Assembly: GCA_965204165.1 (NCBI GenBank)
Contig: OZ241969.1
Span: forward strand, 771,461-835,460
DNA length: 64,000 nucleotides
DNA from: Candidatus Poriferihabitaceae bacterium
GTDB lineage: Bacteria > Pseudomonadota > Gammaproteobacteria > Arenicellales > Poriferihabitantaceae
Direction: 5' to 3'
Below are positions 18,403-27,770 of the stretch, in pieces. The translations under genes and the position numbers were made by a program. The notes under the pieces are model-generated. The model ran no database searches and was not told the origin of the DNA. It saw only the letters and a program-made list of their open reading frames with translations. Each line of letters starts with the position of its first letter. Position 1 is the stretch's first letter.

Positions 18403-19238
18403 GCCGGGAGTTCCGTAGCGGGCCGATACCCGGCTGGTACGCCTTCCTCGTGCTGGGCCTGTTCTTCCTGGGCCCGTTCGCGATCATGCTCAACTTCAGT
18501 TTCTACCACAAGATTCCCGGGGGGCTGTACGAGCCGGGATTCGAGCTTGACAACTACGGAAGGCTGATGACCCCGTTTTTCGGACGCATCCTGCTCATGT
18601 CCACGGGATTGTGTGCATTGGCTTCCCTGGCTGCGGTCGGATTCGGGTTCGCGCTCACCTACGCCATCTCGAACATGTCGAAAACGGGCAGGACGTTCTG
18701 GCTGATTCTCCTCGTGTCCCTGCTGTCGCTTTCCGAGGTGGTCACCGGCTTTGCCTGGAGTACGCTTTTTTCCCGCACGGCGGGTCTCGGGGGATGGCTC
18801 CATACGCTGGGAATACTTGATGCGCCTCGGGCCCTGTCGCCCGGATTCTGGGCGTTGCTGACCGCCCTGACCTTCATTTGCATCCCGTTCGTCGTCCTGG
18901 TGCTCTTTCCGCCGCTGACCCGCCTGCCGAGAGACTGGACGGAGGCGGCGAGAACCCTGGGCGCAACCCCGATGGGCGCGGTGGCGACGGTCGTCATCCC
19001 GGCGGTTCGGCCGGCGATTCTGGCCGCTTTCATTCTCTCGTTCATCTATTCCCTCGGATCCTATGTGCTGCCCATCATGCTTGGCAGGCCGCGGCATTGG
19101 ACCCTGTCCGTCCACATCACCGACCAGGCCCTGTACCAGTCCAACTTTCCCTTTGCAGCGGCGTTGTCGGTTTTCCTCATGGTCGCTTCGCTGTTTCTGA
19201 TCGGAGTTGTCCACCGGCTGCAAAGCCGTTTCACTTGA
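18399..19238 (+). CDS. ABC transporter permease (PotB-like)
   Basis: ATGA overlap with the ATPase stop. Multi-TM protein with an EAA-like loop (DWTEAARTLGATPMGAVATVVIP). Confidence 0.85.
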   Translation: MSREFRSGPIPGWYAFLVLGLFFLGPFAIMLNFSFYHKIPGGLYEPGFELDNYGRLMTPFFGRILLMSTGLCALASLAAVGFGFALTYAISNMSKTGRTFWLILLVSLLSLSEVVTGFAWSTLFSRTAGLGGWLHTLGILDAPRALSPGFWALLTALTFICIPFVVLVLFPPLTRLPRDWTEAARTLGATPMGAVATVVIPAVRPAILAAFILSFIYSLGSYVLPIMLGRPRHWTLSVHITDQALYQSNFPFAAALSVFLMVASLFLIGVVHRLQSRFT

Positions 19239-19240
19239 TC

Positions 19241-20038
19241 ATGCGGTGGGTTCGAAACCTGTTTCTGGGCATGATGCTTGTCATGTTCATGGCCCCGATC
19301 ATCGTCGTGGCGGGGGTTTCTTTCAATGAGAGGAAGCAACTGCTGTTTCCACCGCAGGGCTTTTCGTTCGAATGGTATCTGAAGGCTTTCCAGGAAAGTG
19401 GCTGGACGTCGGCCATGGTTACGAGTTTCTTCCTTGCGTTCGGCGCCGCCCTGTTCTCCCTGTGCCTGGCCGTTCCCCTGGCGCTCTATTGCTGGCGGCG
19501 GGTCAACTGGCAGTCCAGGCTGCTTCGAGGTCTCGGGCTGTTGCCGTTCATGCTGCCGCCCGTCGTCAGCGCCCTCGGGTTCCTGGTGTTCTGGAGTACG
19601 GCCGGAGGGTATGGTCAGATGTATGCCGCCGTCATCAGCCACGGGGTGTTCCTCGTCACTCTCCCCATGGTCATGATACTCATCGGGCTCGATTCGGTCG
19701 ACAGGAACCTGATCGATGCGGCCAGGATTTGCGGCGCATCCAGATCCAGGGTGTATCTGACCGTGATCATTCCGGTCGTCCGGCCGTTCCTGATATTCGG
19801 ATTCTGCTTCGCCTTCGTCCTGAGCTTCAACGAATACATCATCAGCTTCATGCTGATCGGGTTCACCCACGAAACGCTCCCCGTGAAGATTTTCAACAGC
19901 CTTCGATACGGATACACCCCGATCATGGCCGTCGTGTCCACTTTCTTCGTTCTGATGACAGTGGGCGTATTGTGTATCGTTGCGCGGTTCGGCGACCTCC
20001 CCCGACTTTTCGGGGCATGGGACAGCGGGGACACTTGA
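19241..20038 (+). CDS. ABC transporter permease (PotC-like)
   Basis: ATG 2 nt after the previous stop: MRWVRNLFLGMMLVMFMAPIIVVAG... EAA-like loop is NLIDAARICGASRSRVYLTVIIPV. The track ORF start at 18878 is an upstream extension. Confidence 0.85.
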   Translation: MRWVRNLFLGMMLVMFMAPIIVVAGVSFNERKQLLFPPQGFSFEWYLKAFQESGWTSAMVTSFFLAFGAALFSLCLAVPLALYCWRRVNWQSRLLRGLGLLPFMLPPVVSALGFLVFWSTAGGYGQMYAAVISHGVFLVTLPMVMILIGLDSVDRNLIDAARICGASRSRVYLTVIIPVVRPFLIFGFCFAFVLSFNEYIISFMLIGFTHETLPVKIFNSLRYGYTPIMAVVSTFFVLMTVGVLCIVARFGDLPRLFGAWDSGDT

Positions 20039-20956
20039 CGAATTCGATTGAATCGACTCCATCTGACCGGAGCTGGTCAGTAATTCACATCGTCCGGCAA
20101 GCACTGGATTTGCTTCCGGGCGCCACGTTCCAGGCAATTTCATGGCCTGTTTCCGGGCTTGAGCCGGTTTCCTGGAACGGCAGCCATGGTCACCCGGGAC
20201 CCATTTTCTTCAGGTTTTCACCATCATATGGCGCATCGAAGGTTTTGACGAATTGCCAAAACCTTTTGAAAGTATCGTGAAAACGACTGGGCGGGGCGGG
20301 TGAAGTGGCGGCCCGGCGGGTCCGAATCGAACGGACTACCATACGGATGCCCGCGTAGGGGTATGACGCGGATAACCGCAGCATTACCTTCAGTGCCCTC
20401 TCACCGGGCCGCCGGGGCTGAATGTAGCACAATGCGCGGGGGGCGGGGATCGCGTCCAGGACGCCACAGAGGCCCGTAGCGCGGCCGTATGCCCGTGGCA
20501 TACTGATCAACAGGAGGGTGATGGTCTGCGCAGGTACCAAAATGGTGGCGCCGCGCAATGCGCCGCATTGCGCCGAGGGCCAAAGCGCCACCACCCTGGT
20601 GGCAGGGCAGTCCCGGGTTTCCGGAACCCGTTGTATTGGAATGGAATTTTCCGTATGCCCACGGCATGCCCCGGTGACGGCAAATGGTGCCAAGTCTTTC
20701 CGGCAGCAGCCAGTCGTCATTTGGCGGTGGAATGGCACGGGAGTGCCGGTCAGGCGCGCATTTGCTGTTGAGTGCATCCAGGATGCGTCGGGTGTGACGC
20801 GCACACGCCGTAGGGCGTAAGTATGCACGCCAGATCGAGCGATCCCGTCTCCGGCATATTCCCGTGCAGAAACAACGGCTTAGCCAGAGCGGCGTCTGAG
20901 CGACGCTGTTCACCGCGCTTGTGATGGAACGGTTCCGGACCCGGTGCGCGGGGACA

Positions 20957-20978
20957 GGTGGTCATTATAGGAAGCAGT
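20957..20978 (+). repeat. 22-bp direct repeat GGTGGTCATTATAGGAAGCAGT, copy 1, downstream of integrase pair B
   Basis: 20/22 identical to 23568-23589, same orientation. Confidence 0.75.
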
Positions 20979-21147
20979 TCCACGCATTGCAAGCGGCTTT
21001 TTCGCGCTGTTGGCGAAGGTCTTTCAGACGCCTTTCCAGGCTCGGTTCCGGAGGGCGGGTTCGCTGCCGGAGTCCATCGGAGCCGCTCCCGCCGGATGCC
21101 CCGCATTCGGGGCGCGCCGGCGGCGACGAACGGTCGGCGGCCGTGCC

Positions 21148-22329
21148 TCATCCCGTCCGGGTCCGGCGACCGCCGGCCATGGCGCCGGCGATGATGCCGC
21201 CGATCCGTTCGGCCGCCGCGGCGAGATGGCCGTCGGCGAGGTGGGTGTAGGCTTCCGTCGTGCGATGGCTCCGGTGGCCGAGCAGCCTGCCGACCTGGGG
21301 CAGGTTCTCGCCGGACATCACGGCCTGGCTGGCGACGGTGTGGCGGAGGTCGTGGAGCCGCAGGGTGCCGAGCCGGGCGTCGGTGCGGACGGCATGCCAG
21401 CAGGAAGCCAGGCTGTGCTGACCGCGGCCTTCGGCGTAGCGGGGGAAGAGGAACGCGTCGGGATCGCGCGTTCGGGGAGAGCCGGCGAGGCCTGCGACGA
21501 GGTCGCGGGCCGCGGCGCCGAGGGGCACCGTGCGCGGTCCGGTCTTGGCGTCGGTCAGCCGGATGGCGTCGTCGCCGATGTCGCGCCAGCGGCGGTCGAG
21601 CACCTCGCTGCGGCGGCAGCCGGTGAGCGCGATGAGGCGGATCGCGGCGACGGCCTCGGGCCACCCGGCCTCGCGCCCGTCGAGGGCGCGGCCGAGTCGT
21701 TCGAGCTCGCCGGCGTCGAGACAGCGGGCGACGTTGCGGCGCGGGTTCTTCGCGATGCCGAGGCAGGGGTTGGTCCCGGGCGGGCGCCAGCCCCATTCCT
21801 CGGCGCGGAACATCATCGCGCGGAGAATCTCGAAGGCGCGGTTGGCGGCGCCGGGGCGTTCGGCGCTGGCGGCGTCGAACCAGGCGGCGACGTCCTCGGG
21901 TCCGATGCGGTCGACCGGCGTCCTGCCGAAGGCGGGCAGGAGCCGCGCCTTGAGGTAGGTGCGCACGGTCCTGCGGCCCGAGGGCTTCAGGTTCGGGGCG
22001 CAGCGCCGCAGGTACTCCCCGGCGAAGGCGGAGAAGTCCGGGACGCGCCGCGCCCTGCGGCGCTCCTCGGCGGGATCCTCGCCGGCGCGGATGCGCGCGA
22101 GGAGGTCGCGGGCGCGGCGCCTGGCCTCGGCGAGCTCGACCTCGCCGTGGCGGGCGACGGCGAACCGCCGCGTGCGGCCCCCGATGCGGGCCTGGAGGAC
22201 GTACACCTTGCGCCCGGAGGGATGGACGCGCAGCCCGAAGCCGGGCTGCCCGCGGTCGAACAGGATGGTCTCCCGGGGGCCGGGGGCGCAGTCCCGGGCC
22301 AGCCGGGGGGTGAGGTCAACCCTGGGCAT
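21148..22329 (-). CDS. P4-type tyrosine integrase, second of tandem pair B
   Basis: Start taken at MPRVDLTPRLARD.. Motifs: ILFDRGQPGFGLRVHPSGRKVYV; AIRLIALTGCRRSE; RLHDLRHTVASQAVMSGENLPQVGRLLGHRSHRTTEAYTHL. Confidence 0.85.
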   Translation of the reverse strand: MPRVDLTPRLARDCAPGPRETILFDRGQPGFGLRVHPSGRKVYVLQARIGGRTRRFAVARHGEVELAEARRRARDLLARIRAGEDPAEERRRARRVPDFSAFAGEYLRRCAPNLKPSGRRTVRTYLKARLLPAFGRTPVDRIGPEDVAAWFDAASAERPGAANRAFEILRAMMFRAEEWGWRPPGTNPCLGIAKNPRRNVARCLDAGELERLGRALDGREAGWPEAVAAIRLIALTGCRRSEVLDRRWRDIGDDAIRLTDAKTGPRTVPLGAAARDLVAGLAGSPRTRDPDAFLFPRYAEGRGQHSLASCWHAVRTDARLGTLRLHDLRHTVASQAVMSGENLPQVGRLLGHRSHRTTEAYTHLADGHLAAAAERIGGIIAGAMAGGRRTRTG

Positions 22330-23536
22330 GGCGGCCTCCCCGGCGCTCGCGGCCGTGTTCGCCGCCGCCGCCGTTTCCGCCATCGCCGGCCATGGCCGCT
22401 CCGATGCGGCCCGAGATCCGGTCGGCGGCATCGGCGACGGAGCGGGCGGACAGGTGGACGTAGCGCTCGGTGGTCTCGACCAGGGCGTGGCCGAGCAGCC
22501 TGGCGATGGTGACCATGTCGGCGCCGTTCATGGCGGCCACCGAGGCCCAGGTGTGGCGCAGGTCGTGGAGGCGGACGCCGGCCAGTCCGGCGTCGTCCCG
22601 GATGCGCCGCCAGTGCTGGGAGATCGTCGAGACCGGCTTGCCGGGCGAGCGCCCGGGGAAGACGAACGGGCAGTCCGGGTCCCGGCGGGGGATGGCGTCG
22701 AGGACCGCGCGGGCGGCGCCGGCCAGCCACACGGTGCGGGGGCCGGACTTGGAGTCGGGGAGCAGGATGCGGCGGTCCCGGATCCAGTCCCACTGCAGGC
22801 CGGTGACCTCGCCGGCGCGGCAGCCGGTGAGCAGCAGCAGGCGGATCACGGCGACGGCCTGGGGGCAGTCGGGTTCGTGGCGGTCGAGGGCGGCGCCGAG
22901 CCGGGCCATCTCGTCCTGGGTCAGGAACCGCTCCCTGGGGACGGTCCGGTAGCGCCGGGTGCGCCGGCAGGGGTTGGTGTTGTGGTCGCGGTATCCCCAC
23001 AGCTCGGCCATGCGCATCATGACGGACAGGACCGGCATGGAGCGGTTGGCGGTGCCGGGGCGGTCCGCCATGGCGGCGAACCAGTCCCGGACGTGGCCGG
23101 GGCCGATGTCGTCCACGGCCAGGTGGCCGAGGACGGGGAGGATCTCGCTCTGGACGATGCGCCGGTTGGCCTGCCGGGTGCGGGGCTTCCAGTGGCGGGC
23201 GTGGCGCTCGAGGAACTCGGCGGCGAAGTCGGCCATGGGGCGGCCGGGATACCGGGGACCGGCGTTCCGGGCCGGCGGCTCGGCGAGCCCGGGCAGGACC
23301 CGGCGCGCCTCGCGGCGGGCCTGGGGGACGCTCATGGCGTCGGCGGACCCGAGGGTGACGCGGCGGACCCGGCCCCCGGGGGTCCGGCGGCGCAGGAAGA
23401 AGGAGCGGGTTCCGGAGGGATGGACGGACAGGCCGAGTCCGGAGATGGCGTCGTCCCAGAGGTCGTACTTGCGCTTGCGGGGCCGGGCTGCGGCGACCCG
23501 TCTGGGGAAGGAGGTGCGGGGGGTGGGTGCGGTCAT
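22316..23536 (-). CDS. P4-type tyrosine integrase, first of tandem pair B
   Basis: 406 aa. Motifs: LWDDAISGLGLSVHPSGTRSFF; VIRLLLLTGCRAGE; RLHDLRHTWASVAAMNGADMVTIARLLGHALVETTERYVHL. It overlaps the next integrase by 14 nt. Confidence 0.85.
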   Translation of the reverse strand: MTAPTPRTSFPRRVAAARPRKRKYDLWDDAISGLGLSVHPSGTRSFFLRRRTPGGRVRRVTLGSADAMSVPQARREARRVLPGLAEPPARNAGPRYPGRPMADFAAEFLERHARHWKPRTRQANRRIVQSEILPVLGHLAVDDIGPGHVRDWFAAMADRPGTANRSMPVLSVMMRMAELWGYRDHNTNPCRRTRRYRTVPRERFLTQDEMARLGAALDRHEPDCPQAVAVIRLLLLTGCRAGEVTGLQWDWIRDRRILLPDSKSGPRTVWLAGAARAVLDAIPRRDPDCPFVFPGRSPGKPVSTISQHWRRIRDDAGLAGVRLHDLRHTWASVAAMNGADMVTIARLLGHALVETTERYVHLSARSVADAADRISGRIGAAMAGDGGNGGGGEHGRERRGGRHAQG

Positions 23537-23567
23537 GATGCGGCTTCTCGGTTCGGGCCGCGCGACC

Positions 23568-23589
23568 GGTGGTCCATATAGGAAGCAGT
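23568..23589 (+). repeat. 22-bp direct repeat GGTGGTCCATATAGGAAGCAGT, copy 2, 31 bp upstream of the first integrase ATG of pair B
   Basis: 20/22 identical to 20957-20978. Confidence 0.75.
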
Positions 23590-24637
23590 CGCGGCGGCGT
23601 TTCTACCAACGGACCGCGCTTCCGGGACCGGAAGGGGTATGAATCAAGTCATTGATTCAGAACACGTTTCCATCATCTTGCACGACGGTGAACAGGCGTG
23701 CCCGACAGCAATTTCTTGCGTCGGGTGTGAGAGAAAACGCCGCCGGGCGTAGAAATGAGAGAAGATCGGGGAGCACACCGCGAACGATTCGGGATCCCGG
23801 CAGAGCGAAGGGACGAAGCCCGGCGGCGTTTGAGAGGGGACGCGGAAGCGACCCGCGATGGGGAGCGGCACGCGACCCGATGGAGTTCCCGAAGGGGAAG
23901 CGCGACCGACGCGCCAACGGGCAGAGGCACGAGAAGAAACTTGCGCCGGTGGCGGAGTCCGGAGCGGCTGACGCTGCGGACCGGGAACCGGTTGACCACT
24001 GCGACCATCAACGTGAATTTTTTTCGGCTCGTTGTGGAACAGGTGGAGATGCCGGACGCGGCGCGTGTGACGGAGACCGGCACCGTCGGGGCGGCGGTCG
24101 CGTACGTCGGCGGAAAACTGATCGCGACGGGAAGTGGCAGGAGAAGAAGTACGTGCCGGCAGCGACGTGCGGCGAAGCCGACGGCGGTGGCGCGGAGCCG
24201 ATCCACCACCGGGACCGTCGCGGAGCACGGACCGGTTCGCTGTGGAAGCTGGAGATCGGAAAAACCGACGCGAGCGGCACGCGAAGTGGAAGTCGTCGGC
24301 GACGGTAGGCGGTCCGGTCCGCGGCCCGGCGAGGATGCGGAGCATCGGGCCAGCAGCGGACGGGGATGAAGACGCGGCGCCGGAGATTTCCAGCACGGGC
24401 AGCGGGCGCCGTTGTCGACGCTCGGGAGAGGACGGAAAAGGAAACGCCGCTGGCGGTGCAGGTGCGAAGCACCGCGCCGGCAGCAGGCGTCGAAGCGGAT
24501 GCGGTTGCCGCCGCCGCCAGGGACGCGGGATGGAAAAAGCGCCGGGCGCCGCGCAGCGGCGATGGCGCGGCACGGCCGCCGCGCCGGAAGGGAAGAAGGA
24601 CCGCGCCGTCGGAACGACGCGGCCCTGTGCCGGTGTT

Positions 24638-25591
24638 TCAGCACCGGTGAACCGGGATACCAGACGCCGCGGCCTTGTCGGCCAGGTTGGCGGTGATGCC
24701 CGAGTCGCTCGGGAAGAGAATGATGCCCTTCGGCATCAGGTTCAGCAGTTCGTCGTTCCTTCTGAACGGAGCGGCCTTCCCGTGGGTGTTCCAGTCGGGC
24801 CGGCACACCACCTGGTGCACGCCGCGGGCCTCGGCCCAGCGGGCGGCGAACTTCTCGACGCCGGGCCCGCCGCCGTGGACCAGCACCATGTCCGCGTACT
24901 TGCGGTGCGCGGCGTCCAGCTTGCGGAACACCGCGTCGGGGTCGCCGTCCTTGCCGCCCGCGACGGCGATCAGGGTTCCGTCCGGGAGGTTCTCCTTCGC
25001 CGCGGCGCTGTCCCTCGCCCGGATGAAGTCCCGGGCGTCGATGGCGGCGGAGGTGAGAACCCCGGTGCGGCTGGTGTGCGAACCCTTCCACGGCCGCCAC
25101 ATCTCCCCGGTCTCGGCGAGATACTGCGCCGCCGCCGCGTCCCGCATCTCCTCGAAGGCGTCGCGCCTGCCGCCCAGGTTCTTCGCCCGGTCGGTGAGGA
25201 GTTCCAGCTCCCGGGACTTGATCTCGGTCCCGTCCTGTTCCTTCTGCAGGTCGCGGAGCTCCGGCGCGATCCGGTCGATGTTTTTGTCCAGCCGCCTGAT
25301 CTGGGCGTCGAGCATGTTCACGAAGGCCCAGAGGAGAGACCCGGATTCGTCCGCGATCTGGAACCCGGTCATGTCGATGCCGTCGGCGAGGACCGAGAAC
25401 GCTTCGGTCACGGCGCTTACTACCGTGTCCCGCTCCCAGACCTCCCTGGGATCGAACTCGCCGCGCTCGGGGGTGGCTCCATGGAGCTTCGCCTGTTCGC
25501 AGATCATGGCGGTGATGGATTGATCTCCGGTGTCGATGGCGTCGAGGCGATCGATGGTGTCGATGGAGTTGCTGTTGTCGATTTCGAACAT
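24638..25591 (-). CDS. DUF2493 (SLOG/YspA-like) domain protein with an unassigned ~190-aa N-terminal region
   Basis: Start at MFEIDNSNSID (ATG 25591). The C-terminus (MVLVHGGGPGVEKFAARWAEARGVHQVVCRPDWNTHGKAAPFRRNDELL) matches the DUF2493 pattern common on plasmids and ICEs. Confidence 0.65.
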   Translation of the reverse strand: MFEIDNSNSIDTIDRLDAIDTGDQSITAMICEQAKLHGATPERGEFDPREVWERDTVVSAVTEAFSVLADGIDMTGFQIADESGSLLWAFVNMLDAQIRRLDKNIDRIAPELRDLQKEQDGTEIKSRELELLTDRAKNLGGRRDAFEEMRDAAAAQYLAETGEMWRPWKGSHTSRTGVLTSAAIDARDFIRARDSAAAKENLPDGTLIAVAGGKDGDPDAVFRKLDAAHRKYADMVLVHGGGPGVEKFAARWAEARGVHQVVCRPDWNTHGKAAPFRRNDELLNLMPKGIILFPSDSGITANLADKAAASGIPVHRC

Positions 25592-26116
25592 TGTGAATTC
25601 TCCGAATGAACAATAGAAGGTGAAGGGGCGGAAGCCCCGCATGCGTTGGGAGGGAAGCTCCCTACGTATTCCCCATCCGTTCACGAGCGCAGCGCAGTCA
25701 CCGGGCCCCAGGGACATGGGCCGGCGTGTCGCGCGATGGTGCGGGCGCAGTGACGACCGCAGGGAGGAATGAGCCACGGTCGCGTGGCGCGCCGGCGCTA
25801 GGCGCGCCAGCGCCGTTGTCCCTGGAGGCGCGGCCGGAACGGAGCGGAGCGCAGTGGAGGACTCCCCCCTGGGAGTTGACGGAGAGAGCACGTGGACACA
25901 CTGGGAATGTAGTAGGGAGTAGTACTGTCCCCCCAATGAGGTCGCGTCAGGCGTACAACGAGGAGAGCCGAGTGAAACGCCGTGGGTGCATGGACAGCAC
26001 CAGCGACCGACAAGCCGCGCCGCAGGCGCTCATTGTGGGCAGGACGCCCACCGGGCGGTGGGTGTGTGAGGAAAGCGGCGGGAAGTGGACTTGCATGGCG
26101 GCGCTGGCCGTGACCA

Positions 26117-26350
26117 TCAGAATCGCCATCCCTGGAGCGGATGCGACTGGAGCCGCTTTGTGATGGTTTGGTGGACCTTGCTCCGGTCGTTCTGCCTGTA
26201 CCAACCACGGCAGTCCTCGATCAACAAAATCAGGTAGAAGGGCTGGCCGGTCAGCGGATCCTCATGGCGATACAGGTCGCCGACGGCCTCGCCGTCGTGA
26301 CGGATGATGGCCTCGTCGTCGCCGGTTTTCTGGAAGGTGATTCGGGGCAC
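26117..26350 (-). CDS. Hypothetical protein (77 aa)
   Basis: ORF with protein-like composition in the same orientation as the ssb block. No motif recognised. Confidence 0.4.
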   Translation of the reverse strand: MPRITFQKTGDDEAIIRHDGEAVGDLYRHEDPLTGQPFYLILLIEDCRGWYRQNDRSKVHQTITKRLQSHPLQGWRF

Positions 26351-26493
26351 GGTTCACTCCGGTCGGTGTGCTGGTTGACATGACGCGCGAAGGCCCTCTC
26401 TCCGCCCCCGCGCGGTTCACCACCCGCCCCCCTGTCCATCAACTCCATCGCCATGCCGGCGGGCGCGGCGAAGCCGGCCGTCGCGGACGCTGC

Positions 26494-26527
26494 AAAAAAA
26501 AAGCCGCAGTCCCTGCGGGACTGCGGC
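26494..26527 (-). terminator. Rho-independent terminator downstream of ssb
   Basis: On the minus strand, stem GCCGCAGTCCC / GGGACTGCGGC with a 3-nt loop is followed by a run of nine T. It begins 27 nt after the ssb stop. Confidence 0.7.
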
Positions 26528-26553
26528 TGGAGTGGAGGAGACGGAGAGGCGGC

Positions 26554-27006
26554 TCAGAACGGCAGATCCTCTTCGATCCCGTCGGCGTTCACCGGTGCGG
26601 AATCCTGTGCTGCGGCCGGGGCCTCGGCGGCCTGCGCCTGGGCGCCTCCGTCCGGCCTGGCGGGCCGGTCGAGGAACTGGATTCTGGAACCGGGCACGAG
26701 CATGATCTCCGTGGAGAACCGGTCGGCGTCCTCGCCGTCCTTGCGCCACCGGCGGGTCTGGAGCTTGCCGTCGACGTAGACCAGGCGGCCCTTCTTCGCG
26801 TGCTTCTCCAGCATGGTGATGAGGCCGTCCTGGAAGGTGACCAGGCGGTGCCACTCCGTGCGGTCGACCCGCTCCCCGTCCCGGATGTAGGACTCGTCGG
26901 TGGCGATGCTGAGGTTGGCGACGCGTCCGCCGGACGCGAGGTGGTTGACGGTGACGTCCTGTCCGATGCGGCCGATCAATGAGGCCTTGTTGAGTCCGAA
27001 AGGCAT
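26554..27006 (-). CDS. ssb: Single-stranded DNA-binding protein
   Basis: ATG 27006 with AGGAGG upstream. OB-fold N-terminus is MPFGLNKASLIGRIGQDVTVNHLASGGRVANLSIATDESY..TEWHRLVTF. A Gly/Ala/Gln-rich linker leads to the acidic tail GIEEDLPF. Confidence 0.9.
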   Translation of the reverse strand: MPFGLNKASLIGRIGQDVTVNHLASGGRVANLSIATDESYIRDGERVDRTEWHRLVTFQDGLITMLEKHAKKGRLVYVDGKLQTRRWRKDGEDADRFSTEIMLVPGSRIQFLDRPARPDGGAQAQAAEAPAAAQDSAPVNADGIEEDLPF

Positions 27007-27151
27007 ATGTACCTCCTGAGGTAACGTTGGTTGATGAAACGGAAAAAACGGATAAAACGGAAAAACGATGGAACGAACCCCCGGGGGTCCGGGTTCTTCT
27101 TTCTCCCGGCCCCCCTTCGGTTCACCTTCTCCAGACCCCTCTTTCCCTCCG

Positions 27152-27319
27152 TCAGCCTTCGGGACGAAGGTCGAGGGCCGGCTCAGAGGAAACGTCGTCG
27201 AGGATCTCCCGGACAACCTGGCTGTCCAGGCCGATCTCGCCGAGCAGCTGGTCGGGGCTGGTGGGGATTTCGGATGCTTCGGGCATTTCGGAATTGCCCC
27301 CGATTTCGCGGATGTGCAT
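27152..27319 (-). CDS. Possible small acidic protein (55 aa)
   Basis: MHIREIGGNSEMPEASEIPTSPDQLLGEIGLDSQVVREILDDVSSEPALDLRPEG. ORF only. Confidence 0.3.
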   Translation of the reverse strand: MHIREIGGNSEMPEASEIPTSPDQLLGEIGLDSQVVREILDDVSSEPALDLRPEG

Positions 27320-27770
27320 GATGGTTCTCCCGTGTCGGGTTGATGGAAAGTTCGATGAACCCCGGGGAGGCGGCCGGAGCCGGGCTCCCTCCCACCTACC
27401 CGGGTTCACTCTTTCCGTCTCTGCCCTCCGACTCCGGAACGGGGCCTGGAAGGGCGGACAGGGGCGTGGGGACCAGGGTGGGGGCCGGGCCGGAAAAAGG
27501 CGGAAAAAAGCCCTGCGGGGCCGTCAGGGGCCGCTGCCGATGGATGCGGGTGGGTTTCCGTTCCGGCGCAGACCGGCGCCGGCTCCGTCCCCGGCGCATC
27601 GCGTGCGGCGAGCCGTGGTCCCGCCGGTTCCATGATCCCCGTCCGGCTGCCGCCCGGGACGGCTTGACCGTCTTCCGTGACAGCGGCGGTGTATACTGGC
27701 CCGGCACGCGCCCCCCGTCTCCTTACCGGGTGACATGCCGGCCGGCATCGCCCGACAGGGGGCGCGTGCT

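Noticed and set aside
20750-23642. Multiple 340-540-aa ORFs on both strands across integrase pair B (for example 21010-22512 +, 21959-23581 +, 21987-23609 -, 20750-21796 -)
   Set aside because: They are out-of-frame or antisense shadows of the two integrase genes in ~70% GC DNA. Only the two listed frames carry the R..HxxR..Y recombinase motifs.
23644-25613. ORFs 23673-25613 (-, 646 aa), 24134-25609 (+, 491 aa) and 23644-24573 (-, 309 aa)
   Set aside because: Their sequence is low-complexity and Arg/Pro/Gly-rich. Part of each overlaps the DUF2493 gene in other frames, and the remainder falls in the purine-rich repeat segment discussed as a finding.
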